The notes beneath the pieces are model-generated. The model worked only from the letters and a program-made list of their open reading frames with translations, was not told where the DNA came from and did no database searches. Shown here piece by piece: positions 24,201 to 37,650 of a DNA stretch of 64,000 nucleotides. The stretch is from the NCBI RefSeq assembly GCF_026571515.1, contig NW_026865328.1:1-64000 (forward strand), read 5' to 3'. Both the position numbers and the translations under genes were made by a program. Every line of letters begins with the position of its first letter. The first letter of the stretch is position 1. The stretch is from Ruditapes philippinarum. Its lineage: Eukaryota.

Positions 24201-27179
24201 AACTCTTATATATGGAATTACAAGAAGGTATTCTTTTCTGTTTTCCTGTACTGAGCTAGCAATCTTTAACTTTGCGTTCTTAGACAACACATCCATATTC
24301 ATTGATATCAATAAGCATAAACTTGGACAAGAGACCGTTCCGAAATATTATATCACTTATGCTCATTTGAAATAAAAATGTGAAAACTCATGATTTTCAA
24401 TATTTTCCTACTTCAAATACGTGATTGTATTGAGCGCACATTGCATTGTAAATGTTCATGATAGTACAATTGTACTTTCATCATGTACACTTCTCGTGTT
24501 TAAGTCATTAATATGACAATAAAGCTGTAATTGTTACGTAAAATTCTGTCTAAACATACAGTATATTTCTGTCTTGAGACAGATATATTCATAACTTGAA
24601 TGATTTCAAATCCTTGAATAATGACATGTTTGGTGGAAGTTAATGAAACAAATAAATTTGCAAACCGACCAAAATAAACAATGAAATGTTAATTTTGCTT
24701 AAAGTAAGGTATTACTAAATAATATATATATATCATAAAAGACACATCGGTCAGCTATCTTTACATTTGTGAAAATCAGCCTATGTGTATTCATTAACAT
24801 TAATGGTTTGAATTTTTCTCAACCCCGAATTTATGCAGAAAATATATCTCAAGTTTTAACTTTTCTTTCCAATTGTCCAGCTCAATGCGTTTTGATTAAC
24901 GCGTCTTCGGTGTCATATTACTATAAGGTAACTGTTATTCAGTAAACACATCTTTAAAATATTACAGTTGATTTCATTGAAAATAATAAAGTCAGTAGCA
25001 TAGCATATTAAAAGGCCATAATTTGGAATCATACATCAAAGAATGATATAATATTGGTTTTTGTTGTTCTTTTTTGACCGACTTGCATGCTGCTTATTAA
25101 TCGTGGATTGTAGAATTTTAGCATTTTACTCGTTTAAAACTGTCGTCAGCGCTTTACAAATGTAATTGGCTTAGCTGGGCACTCCAAAATTTTTATTGTT
25201 CTTTGGAGAATATTTCAGATTTGTTTGTTCGGAGAAGATTATGGTCATATCATTTTAATTATATCTTTACTCATATTGTTTTAGTTTGTGACTAAGTCAC
25301 TAAATGGACAGGATTTAAGTCAAGCAAAATCAAATTTTAAACTACAGCGCGAACTAAAACTTGTTTATGAGCTGAAGGGACTTCTTCACAATAAGCAGTC
25401 GTTTCACAAAATTTGATATGCACAAAGTCCATGGATCCCCTATTATATATAACCATATTTTAATTGAACTCAAGACATTAAAAACTGTCAATAATTATTG
25501 TACAAAATATTCAATGAAATCGGATATAATGTTTTCAAAACATCAATGGTACATTATGTTCCATTCAAAAATATTTTAATTGTTTTGGTCCATCTAAGAT
25601 CATAACCGACTCATCAGATGAGTCCACACACTTTTAAACGATTTAGCCATTTATATTTATTCATATGTATTTTCGGTCGGTATATTTTAGCTGTTATGAA
25701 ATATGACTTTTTATTCTTCGATTTCATTGAAGCCTATTTCGTACTTTACTCGCTTGTTGAAGAAATCTGTCTTTGAAAAGGTGACACATGAACATATTGT
25801 GAAATTACGCTATAAACCTTAATCTATATAAAAATGTGGTTTTGACAAAACTCAATTTTAGATTCAGAACAAAGATTTCTACTACAAGAGACTATCATAT
25901 TAAGATAATTATGCATGATAATATTTAACAAGAATTTGATGCAAATTGTATTGTAAATAAAATTACTGGAAATCAGCTGTATATGTTAGTACCATTGTCG
26001 TGGAAATTAAACGTTAAAATACTTGAAGTAAGTTGAATGTTTGTGTTTACTATTATAATTATGATGAATGCTGACAATAATCAATTATTCAAAATATATA
26101 TTCAGATAAATCATAAGCGTGTCTTCAAAATCAATATAGTCAATATTTATTTATAAATACATGTCTGGTATGTTAATATGCAGTCCTTTGTCCTTAGTTG
26201 ACGCAACATAGACGAAACTGGTAATACTTTATATTACCACCCTTGTATATGAAATTTAATATTTATTACCCTCCTTCTCTAAATATTCTATTATTATTAG
26301 TTCCAAAATAGTTTATTTCGATTTCGATAGAATGGCATAATAGGTCTAGCATAAAAAGCTTCACAATTACAGCACAATATTGTATGTATATAGTAATTTC
26401 TATTGGACGATCTTTACATTAAACACATTTACTTGTTTACAAATGAATATTTTATCCCTCTTTGACTGTTTCAATTTCGATAGCATGGGAGAAAGTAATA
26501 GGAAAAAGAAACGAAATCGTGTAGAATGCACAAGACAACAAACTTGAAAATGTTCATAAATGCAAGCTACGAATCATGCCCCAATCCTTGCAAAGGCGTA
26601 GGCAGAACTCAGCATTTGAATATGTAATTGATAAATTTTAAATAAGACTTAAATAAAACAACTTCAGATGTGTTTATAAAGCTCTTTGTATAAACACTAG
26701 CTCCTCTTATCCACACTGAATAGATATCGGGCTAAAATTATAACTGTATTATTTTTATAAATACAGTTTCGTCTTACCATGCTCTGTTAAACTTATGCAC
26801 TGACAATTGTAAAGAATCTTTCAAAATAATATACTACATGTATTTTTAAATTTTAAACAGTTTCAAGTTTGCACCCGTTCAGATCCCAATGTTCATTAGG
26901 TTATATGGATAAAGGCATATTTTGCTCTTTTGTTCATATACGAATTATGATTTCTGTAATTGGTTTGCAAGGTTATGTTTAACATTATTTTGTTATTTAT
27001 CGTCTGCTACCGTTTTCATTTATAATATTTTATTTGTATACGAATAAATATTAGTTGTCTTCGGTTAAATTAAAGTGCTCTTTCGGCAAGTTCAGCTCAA
27101 CTTTAACTTGCCCCTCTTGTAATATACATGTACTTTCACAATACTGATTGTTTTTCTTTTCTTTTTCTTCATTATACAA

Positions 27180-28399
27180 AATAGGGCCACTTAGATGGTC
27201 CTAAATCACTCTTCTAACCCATCATTTCTCATTATTCACCATTTAAATTGAAATATTTTGCCCCAATATTTTGGAAAGGCATTGTTAAAAATGTCTATGT
27301 TGCAAGTGTGTACCTATGAGACTATGTAGAATAAATGTACACATGTATGGACGACGTTCCGCCATAAGTTGTTCCTCTTTATTTATGAAAGATATACTAT
27401 GCTCATACTTGAGTAAATATTTCTAATACATTAATTAATTGAAATCTATGAAATCTTTCTGAATATGTCTAAATTGAATAAACTATGTATGGGAGCTGCA
27501 TTCCTTATTGTTGGCCACGTAAAAACAGACACTATATATTCATACTATGACATAAAGTGTAAAGAGTTTTAAAACATACATGACATATAAACATATTTAC
27601 TTTGTGTGAAGTCAAAAAACAGTTACTTCATTTTTATAAAGAGACTGTTTATCAACTGTCAATATTTTCTAATTATAATAAATTTGAGCATAGAATATCT
27701 TTAAAATATATTTGAAGAAATGCCGTATGCCCAAGGCATTTAAGCTTTTGTGGCCCCTAAATGATGTCAATCAAATTAAAATGGGCAACCTTGATAAAAG
27801 ACTATCTAAGAAAGCTTCAGACAAAGTTTGGTGATCATCCATCAATTATCTCCGTAGAAGCAGAAGTTTAAGTGCATTGCTACTTTTAGCTTAAGCGGCC
27901 CTTTAAAAGGGCAAATCAAAATAATATGAACAAACTTGATGAAATACTGCCTAAGAATGCTACAGACAAAGTTTGGTTATCATCCATCAATTGGTTCTAT
28001 AGAAGAAGATGTCTAGAGGTTTTCCTATTTTTACCTCTAGAGACACTAAAAGGAGCCAAACAAATTAAAATGAGCAAACTTGATACAATACTACCTAACA
28101 AGGCTACAGACAAATTTTGATGATAATCCGTCATTTAATTTAGTAGTAGATGTTTAAAAGTTTTTCTATTTTGAGCTCTGTTGACCCCTTAAAGGGGCCA
28201 ATTGAAATGGCATGAGCAATTTAAGTGTGATTGTCACAAGGATGCTACAGTCCAAGTTTGAGGTTAATCTGCCCATCAGTTGTAGAGAAGAAAATGATTG
28301 ATGACGTATGACGACGCACAATGAACGACTATGGTTGCCGGAGTATCTCCCTTTGATACTTATAGCTCATCCTGAACCTTCGGTTCTGGTGAGCTAAAA
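27180..28399 (+). mobile_element. Old HINE with a decayed internal array
   Basis: Decayed HINE-type start near 27180, three to four diverged ~150-bp monomers at 27740-28300, a decayed GAC tract, and terminal hairpin AGCTCATCCTGAACC-TTC-GGTTCTGGTGAGCT plus AAAA. Confidence 0.7.
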
Positions 28400-28509
28400 T
28401 GGCGTCTTCATCAAGATAACGAAAGGAGTCTTCTCCCTATATATATGAGAAAAAATCCAGCATGGTACATCAACGCCAGGTCTGAACGAAGCCTGTACTA
28501 CCAGTTCTC

Positions 28510-28686
28510 ACTGTTGTACAGCGTTCATCGGAAAAATCCCCTCAATTAATGCACAAAAATAATCCAATACTGCTCTGGATGCAGACATTTTTAGCTTCAC
28601 AAGAAACTAGTAAACAGAACAGAAACATGTTAACTTTCGTTTTCGTAGTTTTGAGGGGTTATTTCCGATGAACGCTGTACAACAGT
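28510..28686. mobile_element. Short MITE-like inverted repeat
   Basis: Perfect 25-bp arms ACTGTTGTACAGCGTTCATCGGAAA and TTTCCGATGAACGCTGTACAACAGT, extending inward to CCCCTCAA/TTGAGGGG. Confidence 0.7.
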
Positions 28687-28687
28687 A

Positions 28688-29036
28688 CAGAACAGAACAA
28701 ATATTTCATTACAAGCCCATTGTCGTTAATAATGAAAAAAAAAGAACATATATATATTGGTAAGACATGGAATATTTTACATATAATACATAAATTATTA
28801 TTTCCTTGAACACATATATCGTGAGAATGTAACAGGAAAAAATATATTTATATATACTCAAAAGTTACATGGAAATAAATAACAAAAAAAAGGAATGATT
28901 TCGGATTGAGAAAGGCATTTATATCATTACAATAGTGAATCCCTTAATTTGAAAGCTTTAAAACAATATAGAGCCAAATTGTTTATGATCTTCTTATTAC
29001 TACTTTGCATTAATGATATATACTTAATAATATTTA
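28688..29036 (-). mobile_element. 5'-truncated non-LTR retrotransposon (LINE) 3' fragment
   Basis: Minus strand encodes NIIKYISLMQSSNKKIINNLALYCFKAFKLRDSLL* (stop at 28929-27), resembling LINE ORF2 C-termini (L2/RTE-X type). A 3' UTR and a (GTTCT)n tail follow. Confidence 0.65.
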
Positions 29037-29426
29037 ACAGTGCATACGCATGCTGTCCTACTTGTCATACACTTGACACCCTACATACAATAATACAATA
29101 ATAACGCTTGTGCCCAGAGTTTGTGACCAAAACAGTCACATCTTAATTAAATCTCAAAATATCTACAAGATCAGTTTTATATCTTCAATTACTGCGTTAA
29201 AACAAAATCTAGGATGTTGAAACGTTTAACATATATAGTGTTGCATATATATTGCATTATGGAATATACATATTAATGAACTTCAAAATAACAAAGAAAC
29301 CCATTTGTCTGGCAAACATTCGTTCACCCGCTTCAAAAAATCACTCCGTGTTCGCCATTTTGTCAGGTTTGCAACCAATTTGTTCGCTTGAACCAAGTGT
29401 GCAACAACTGCACGTCCTGACCCTTG

Positions 29427-32400
29427 AAACATAGTAACACAATTGAACGCAAATTACTCACTGGTATTATAATCTCAATGAATAAAACAGAGTAACACAA
29501 TTGATCGTAAATTACTCATTGTTATTATAATCTCAATGAATAAAACATAGTAACACAATTGAACGCAAATTACTCACTGGTATTATAATCTCAATCAATA
29601 AAACATAGTAACACAATTGAACGCAAATTACTCACTGGTATTATAATCTCAATGAATAAAACATAGTAACACAATTGAACGCAAATTACTCACTGGTATT
29701 ATAATCTCAATGAATAAAACATAGTAACACAATTGAACGTAAATTACTCACTGGTATTATAATCTCAATGAATAAAACATAGTAACACAATTGAACGTAA
29801 ATTACTCACTGGTATTATAATCTCAATGAATAAAACATAGTAACACAATTGATCGTAAATTACTTATTGGTATAATAATCAAATTGAAAAAAACATAGTA
29901 ACACAATTGATCGTAAATTACTCATTGGTATTATGATCTCAATGAATAAAACAGAGTAACACAATTGATCGTAAATTACTCATTGTTATTATAATCTCAA
30001 TGAATAAAACATAGTAACACAATTGAACGTAAATTACTCACTGTTATTATAATCTCAATGAATAAAACATAGTAACACAATTGATCGTAAATTACTCATT
30101 GGTATTATAATCACAATGAATAAAACATAGTAACACAATTGATCGTAAATTACTCATTGGTATTATAATCTCAATGAATAAAACAGAGTAACACAATTGA
30201 ACGTAAATTACGAACTGGTATTATAATCTCAATGAATAAAACATAGTAACACAATTGAACGTAAATTACATATTGGTATAATAATCTCAATTAGTAAAAC
30301 ATAGTAACACAATTGAACGTAAATTACGAACTGGTATTATAATCTCAATGAATAAAACATAGTAACACAATTGATCGTAAATTACTCATTGGTATTATAA
30401 TCTCAATGAATAAAACAGAGTAACACAATTGATCGTAAATTACTCATTGTTATTATAATCTCAATGAATAAAACATAGAAACACAATTGAACGTAAATTA
30501 CTCATTGGTATTATAATCTCAATGAATAAAACATAGTAACACAATTGAACGTAAATTACTCATTGGTATTATAATCTCAATGAATAAAACATAGTAACAC
30601 AATTGAACGTAAATTACGCACTGGTATTATAATCTTTAGTTTGTTTGTTTGTTTTGGGTTTTGCGTCACATCGACACAATATAGGTCATATCACGACGTT
30701 CCAGCTTTTACCGGTTGAGGAAGACCTCAGGTGCCCTCCCGTGCATTATTTCAGGCACGAACGGGCAGGTAATATAATCGCAATCAATAAAACATGGTTA
30801 CACAATTGAACGTAAATTACGAACTGGTATTATAATCTCAATCAATAAAACATAGTAACACACTTGAACGTAAAATTACTCACTGGTATTAAAATCTCAA
30901 TCAATTAAACATAGAGGCACACTTGGACGAAAATCACTAATTTGTATTATAATTTCAATCAATAAAACATAGTGACACACGTGGACTTAAATTACTCATT
31001 GGTGATATAATCTCAATCAATAAACCATGGTTACACACTTGGACGTAAATTACTCATTGGTAATAAAAGATCAATCAATGAAACATAGGGACCATTTGGA
31101 TGTAAATTACTGATTTGTACATGTATTATAATCTCGATCAATAATACATGGTGACACAATTAAACGTGAATTACTCAATTGTATTATAATCTCAATCAAA
31201 AAAAAAGTTACACATTCGAACGTAAATTACTCACTGGTATTATAATCTCAATCAATAAACATAGTAACACTTTTGGACATAAATTACTCATTGGCAATAT
31301 AATCTAGATCAATAAAACATACTGACCCACTTTGACGAACATTACTCACTGGCATTATTATCTCAATCAATAAAACATAGAAACACACATGGACGTAAAA
31401 TACTCATGGGTAATATCATCTCAATCAATAAAACAAAGTTCCACACTTGGACGTAAATTACTAATTGGAATTATAATCCCAATCAATAAAACATAGTGAC
31501 ACACTCGGACGAAAATTACTCATTGGTAATATAATCTCAATCAATAAGACAAAGTGACACACTTTGACGTATATTCCTCATTGGTATTATAATCTCAATC
31601 AATTAAACAAATTGACACACTTGGACGAAAATTCCTTATTCGTAATATAATCTCAATCAATAAGACATAGTGACATACTTGGACGTAAATAATTAATTGG
31701 TAATACAATCTTAACCAATAAAACAGAGTGACACACTTGGACGTAAATTACTCATTGGTATTATGATCTCAATCAATAAAACATAGTGACATACTTGGAC
31801 GTAAATTACTCATTGTCAATTAAATTCTCAATCAATAAAACATAGAGACACACTTGGACGAAAATTACTCATTGGTATTGTATTCTCAATCAATAAAACA
31901 CAGAGACACACTTGGACGTAATTTACTCATTGGAATTATAATCTCAATCAATTAAACAAAGTGACACATTTGGACGAAAATTACTCATTGGTAATATAAT
32001 CTCAATCAATAAGACATAGTGACACACTTGAAGGTAAATTACTAATTGGTATTATAATCTCAATCAATAAAACCAAGTGACACACTCGGACGAAAATTAC
32101 TCATTGGTAATATAATCTCAATCAATAAAACATAGTGACACTCTTGGACGAAAATTACTCATTGGTGATATAATCTCAATCAATAAAACAAAGTGACACA
32201 CTTGGACGTAAATAATTCGTTGGTATTATAATCTCAACCAATAAAACATAGTGACACACTTGGACGAAAATTACTCATTGGTGATATAATCTCAATCAAT
32301 AAAACAAAGTGACACACTTGGACGTAAATAATTCGTTGGTATTATAATCTCAACCAATAAAACATAGTGACACACTTGAACGTAAGTTACTCATTGGTAT

Positions 32401-35172
32401 TATAATCTCAATCAATAAAACATAGTGACACACTTGGACGAAAATTATTCATTGGTGATATAATCTCAATCAATAAAACAAAGTGTCACACTTGGACGTA
32501 AATAATTCGTTGGTAATATAATCTCAACCAATAAAACATAGTGACACACGTGGGCGTAAATAACTCATTGTTATTATAATCTCAATCAATAAAACATAGT
32601 GACACACATGGACGTAAATTACTGATTGGTATTATAATCTCAATCAGACCCACTTGGACGTAAATTACTCATTGGTATTATAATCTTAATCAAGAAAACA
32701 TTGTGACACACTTGAACGAAAATTACTCATTGGTATTATAATCTCAATCAGACACACATGGACGTAAATTACTCATTGGTAGTATAATCTCAATCAAGAA
32801 AACATAGTGACACACTTGAACGAAAATTACTCATTGGTATTATAATCTCAATCAGACCCACTTGGACGTAAATTACTCATTGGTATTATAATCTTAATCA
32901 AGAAAACATAGTGACACACTTGAACGAAAATTACTCATTGGTATTATAATCTCAATCAGACCCACTTGGACGTAAATTACTCATTGGTATTCTAATCTTA
33001 ATCAAGAAAACATAGTGACACACTTGAACGAAAATTACTCATTGGTATTATAATCTCAATCAGACCCACTTGGACGTAAATTACTCATTGGTATTATAAT
33101 CTTAATCAAGAAAACATAGTGACACACTTGAACAAAAATTACTCATTGGTGATATAATCTCAATCAATAAAACAAAGTGACAGACTTGGACGTAAATAAT
33201 TAATTGGTAATATAATCTCAACCAATAAAACAGATTGACACACTTGGACGTAAATTACTCATTGGTATTATATCTCAATCAATAAAACATAGTGACACAC
33301 TTGGGCGGAAATCACTCATTGGTATTAGAATCTCAATCAATAAAACAGAGTGACGCACTTGGACGTAAATTACTCATTGTTATTATAATCACAATCAATA
33401 AAACAAAGTGACACACTTTGACGTAAATTACTCATTGGAATTGGAATCTTAATCAATTAAACAAAGTGACACACTTGGATGAAAATTATTCATTAGTATT
33501 ATGATCTCAATCAATAAAACATAGTGACACACTTGGACGGAAATTACTCATTGGTATAATAATCTCAATCAATAAAACAGAGTGATGCACTTGGACGTAA
33601 ATTACTCATTGGAATTACAATCTTAACCATTAACACAGAGTGACACACTTTGACGAAAATTACTCATTGGTATTATATTCTCAATCAATAAAACTTAGAG
33701 ACACATTTGGACGAAAATTACTCATTGGTAATATAGTCTCAATCAATAAAACATAGCGGCACACTTGGACATAAATTACTCATTGGTATTATAATCTAAA
33801 TCCAAAAAACATAGTGGCACACTTGGACATAAATTACTCATTGGTATTATAATCTAAATCAAAAAAACATAGTGGCACACTTGGACGAAAATTACTCATT
33901 GGTAATATTATCTCAATCAATAAGACATAGCGACACACTTGGAAGTAAATTATTCATTGGTACTATAATCTCATTCAATATAACATAGTGACACACTTGG
34001 ACGTAGTTACTCATTGGAATTATAATCTCAATCAATTAAACATAGTGTCCCACTTGAACGTAAATTACTCATTGGTAATATAATCCCAATCAATAAAACA
34101 GAGTAACACAATTGAACGTAAATTACGCACTGGTATTATAAAACATAGTTACACACTTGAACGAACATTACTCACTGGTAATATAATCTCAATCAATAAA
34201 ACATAGCGGCACACTTGGACATAAATTACTCATTGGTATTATAATCCAAATCCAAAAAACATAGTGGCACACTTTGACATAAATTACTCATTGGTATTAT
34301 AATCTAAAATCAAAAAAACATAGTGACACACTTGGACATAAATTACTCATTGGTATTATAATCTAAATCAAAAAAACATAGTGGCACACTTGGACATAAA
34401 TTACTCATTGGTAATATAAGCTCAATCAATAAAACCTAGAGACACACTTGGACGAAAATTACTCTTTGGTATTATAATCTCAATCATTAAAACATAATAA
34501 CACACTTGGACATAAATTACTCATTGGCAATATAATCTCAATCAATACAACATAGTGACCCATTCGGACGAACATTCCTCACTGGTATTATTATCTCAAT
34601 CAGTAAATCCCAATCCTGAGTTCACTCGACACTTACTTTATAACCTGAATACAACTTTACTGAAAGGTGAGGACTGTCTTGACAGTTAGGCAATTATATT
34701 CGATTTACTCATTAATTGGAGTGTAAGTATCTATTCTGAATACGGGTATTAGTAACACAATTGAAGGTAAATTACTCATTGGTATTATAATCTCAATCAA
34801 TAAAACAAATTAATACATTTGAACGTAAATTACTCATTGGTATTATAATATCAATCAATAAAGCATAGTAACACAATTGAACGTAAATTATTCACTTGTA
34901 ATATAATCTCAATCAATAAAACATAGTGACACTCTTGGACGAAAATTACTCATTGGTATTATAATCTCAATCAATTAAACAGAGTGACACACGTAGACGA
35001 AAATTACTCATTGGTAATGTAATCTCAATCAATAAGACATAGTGACCCACTTGAACGTAAACTACTCATTGGTATTATAATCTCAATCAATAAAACATAG
35101 TTAAACACTTGGACAAACATTACTCACTGGTAATATAATCTCAATCAATAAAACATAGTGACACACTTGGAC
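29427..35172. repeat. 58-bp satellite array (~5.7 kb, roughly 95 monomers)
   Basis: Unit AAACATAGTAACACAATTGAACGTAAATTACTCATTGGTATTATAATCTCAATGAATA with period 58. Two subvariants and two insertions. Confidence 0.97.
30636..30767 (-). mobile_element. 5'-truncated SINE (3' part with AAAC tail) inserted in the satellite
   Basis: (GTTT)n tail, GC-richer body, and a ~12-bp TSD GGTATTATAATC / GGTAATATAATC. Confidence 0.75.
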
Positions 35173-36896
35173 TCATGTCAATACCTGCCATATTAACTAA
35201 AGATTATGCATGTATGTGTATGTTGGTATAAACTGGAACCTACATGCCACTACTGTCTTTCTAATAGTCCCCACAACAATTTTGTGTACTTGCATAGTAT
35301 TACATCCATTTTAAGGATATCTTAAAATTTATATTATAAAAAGACATTATCTTTATAACAAATTAAAATCTATGTATAAGATTAGAGATTTAAAATCTGA
35401 TAGCAATAACAGGTAAAAGGTAGGTGCTGATGATATTTTAAGCTTAGCTAACTATAATAATTAACAGATGTATACATATATAATAAAATGAAACCTGTGT
35501 TCCAGTCTGTTGATTTTTATGTACTTCTGTTAGGCAAATCGACAGCCTGGGGAAATACAATTTTCGATTGAAGCGCCACCTTGTATTCACCCCGAAAATT
35601 ACGGGTGTTATTTAAAGAACGATAACTCATGCAACGACAAACTAGTTTCTAAGTGACCCGAAGCTCAACGAACAGTTACGGAGACTTGCTTTCAAAACAC
35701 CATTTCAGATTAAAGAAACAAAGTCTATTGCATGATGAGTTAATTTGATCAACGGGTGTGATAAGTTAAAGTGGATAAAGTTTGTGAGCATCAGAGTATT
35801 GTGCTAGCGGCAAATTAATAATAGTAAATGCCAATATTCATCATCTTCGCCTCGATTCCGATTTTGTCATGTAATTTGTTGGTCAAGTGCTAATCGGTCT
35901 ATTAATAGGATTATTATAAGTCAATAAATATGTATATGGGAAACCCCGCAGGTTTCCCCATGCGTTGATAGATGTTGTGTTATCTATGACGATCGAGTAT
36001 GAAATAGCGCGTAAGTTATGAATAAACAAAAAAATATCAACGCCTGAATCCCAGGCTTAATAAAATGTATTACCTTAACAAGAATTTATTTAATCCATGT
36101 CCTATATTGTGAAGAAATGTAGCATAGGTAAAATTCTCCCAAATGTTGGTATGAAATCTAAAGTATAGATTTTAAACCACACCATTGCGTTTACAATAAG
36201 ATCATCACAAACCTTAATGAATGTATTTTATCATTATGTTTAATCCATTTGCATTACTGTTACATAGTTTTGATCCTAAACAACAATATCGTAGTCCTAT
36301 AAGCTGTGTGATGCTAGCCATTGAAAGTCAGGCACGTAAAGACTTGTTTTATATAAGGAATGTATTAAAACACATTTTTGTTTTGCTTCGCTTAACTTAC
36401 TACTTTTCGGAGTCAGTACGATGTAATTTATTCGAGCGTTATTTTTTAATGAATTTTATTATAAATAAAACAGAATTTACCATAACGTATTAAAAGTCAT
36501 AATTGAGTTAAATTTCCTGCGGTCTTCGAAATCATGCGTATCAAACTGGTGTTTAATAGCCCGACGAAATTAATTATATCTTGCTGACAAATCTTCAATA
36601 AATATATTTAGATTTAGTAAGCCCAGCTATCAATTCGACAAACTACTTGTTGGTGAATATGGTGTACTAACGTTAAATATCGCAATATCACACTTGAAGA
36701 AAATTCGGAAGACTGTCGCTGCGTAATGCAATGAGCGCTAAATGTCGCAATCGCCATGACGATAAATGTCGCTTTTAGCGTTTATTGTTGATCACAAAAT
36801 AAAGTCGGTTAAATGTCACAACGTGACCAATAATTGCCCCCAGTATAGTATACGGTATAGCAGCCACAAACAATATGGTGCACTTTCATTATCATA

Positions 36897-37650
36897 ACCA
36901 TACAGGCCTATCTCTGCCATCGGCTAAAAATATCAATACAGGGCGCACTCTGCCATCGGCTAAAAATATCAATACAGGGCTCACTCTGCCATCAGCTAAA
37001 ATGATCAATACAGGGCTCACTCTGCCATCAGCTAAAAATATCAATACAGGACTCACTCTGCCATCAGCTAAAATGATCAATACAGGGCTCACTCTGCCAT
37101 CAGCTAAAAATATCAATACAGGGCTCACTCTGTCATCAGCTAAAATTATCAATACAGGGCTCACTCTGTCATCAGCTAAAATTATCAATACAGGGCTCAC
37201 TCTGCCATCAGCTAAAATGATCAATACAGGGCTCACTCTGCCATCAGCTAAAATATCAATACAGGGCTCATTCTGTCATCAGCTAAAATTATCAATACAT
37301 GGCTCACTCTGTCATCAGCTAAAATGATCAATACAGGGCTCACTCTGCCATCAGCTAAAAGGATCAATTATACAGGGCTCACTCTGACATCATCTTAATT
37401 TTTAATACAGGGCTTACTCTGTCGTGAGTTAAAATGATCAATACAGGGCTCACTTGCTATCATCTAAATGTTTAAAACTGGGTTCAATCTGCCGAAAGCT
37501 TAAATGATCAATACAGGGGTCACTCTGCCATTATCTAGATGTTTAATACAGGGCTTACTCTGCCGTCAGCAAAAATGTTCCATACAGTACTCACCCTGTT
37601 ATCAGACAAAATGGTCCATACAGGACTCACTATGTTATCAGCTAAAATGT
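36897..37650. repeat. 36-bp minisatellite, ~20 copies, decaying rightward
   Basis: Unit AATACAGGGCTCACTCTGCCATCAGCTAAAAATATC. It accounts for the periodic ORFs on both strands. Confidence 0.95.

Larger units (their letters stand above)
11130..25215. repeat. Second tandem segmental duplication (11130-14549 vs 21905-24389; 21104-21875 vs 24392-25215)
   Basis: Long collinear similarity. The right copy lacks ~12510-13770 and ~14550-21100. The block 6745-7012 recurs at ~11897-12175 and ~22997-23275 and includes a decayed HINE end (AACTCACCTAAGCTCAGGTTAGCTA). Confidence 0.85.

Noticed and set aside
29427-35172. CRISPR-like regular array
   Set aside because: Contiguous monomers with no unique spacers, no cas genes, and a eukaryotic context. 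It is satellite DNA.
35936-35961. GC-rich hairpin GGGAAACC...GGTTTCCC as a Helitron 3' end or terminator
   Set aside because: No canonical CTRR terminus or matching 5' end was identified, so it is too isolated to call.
36875-37327. Periodic ORFs on both strands (TGLTLPSAKNIN / SPVLIILADGRV)
   Set aside because: By-products of a 36-bp tandem repeat. Indels break the frame further along the array.
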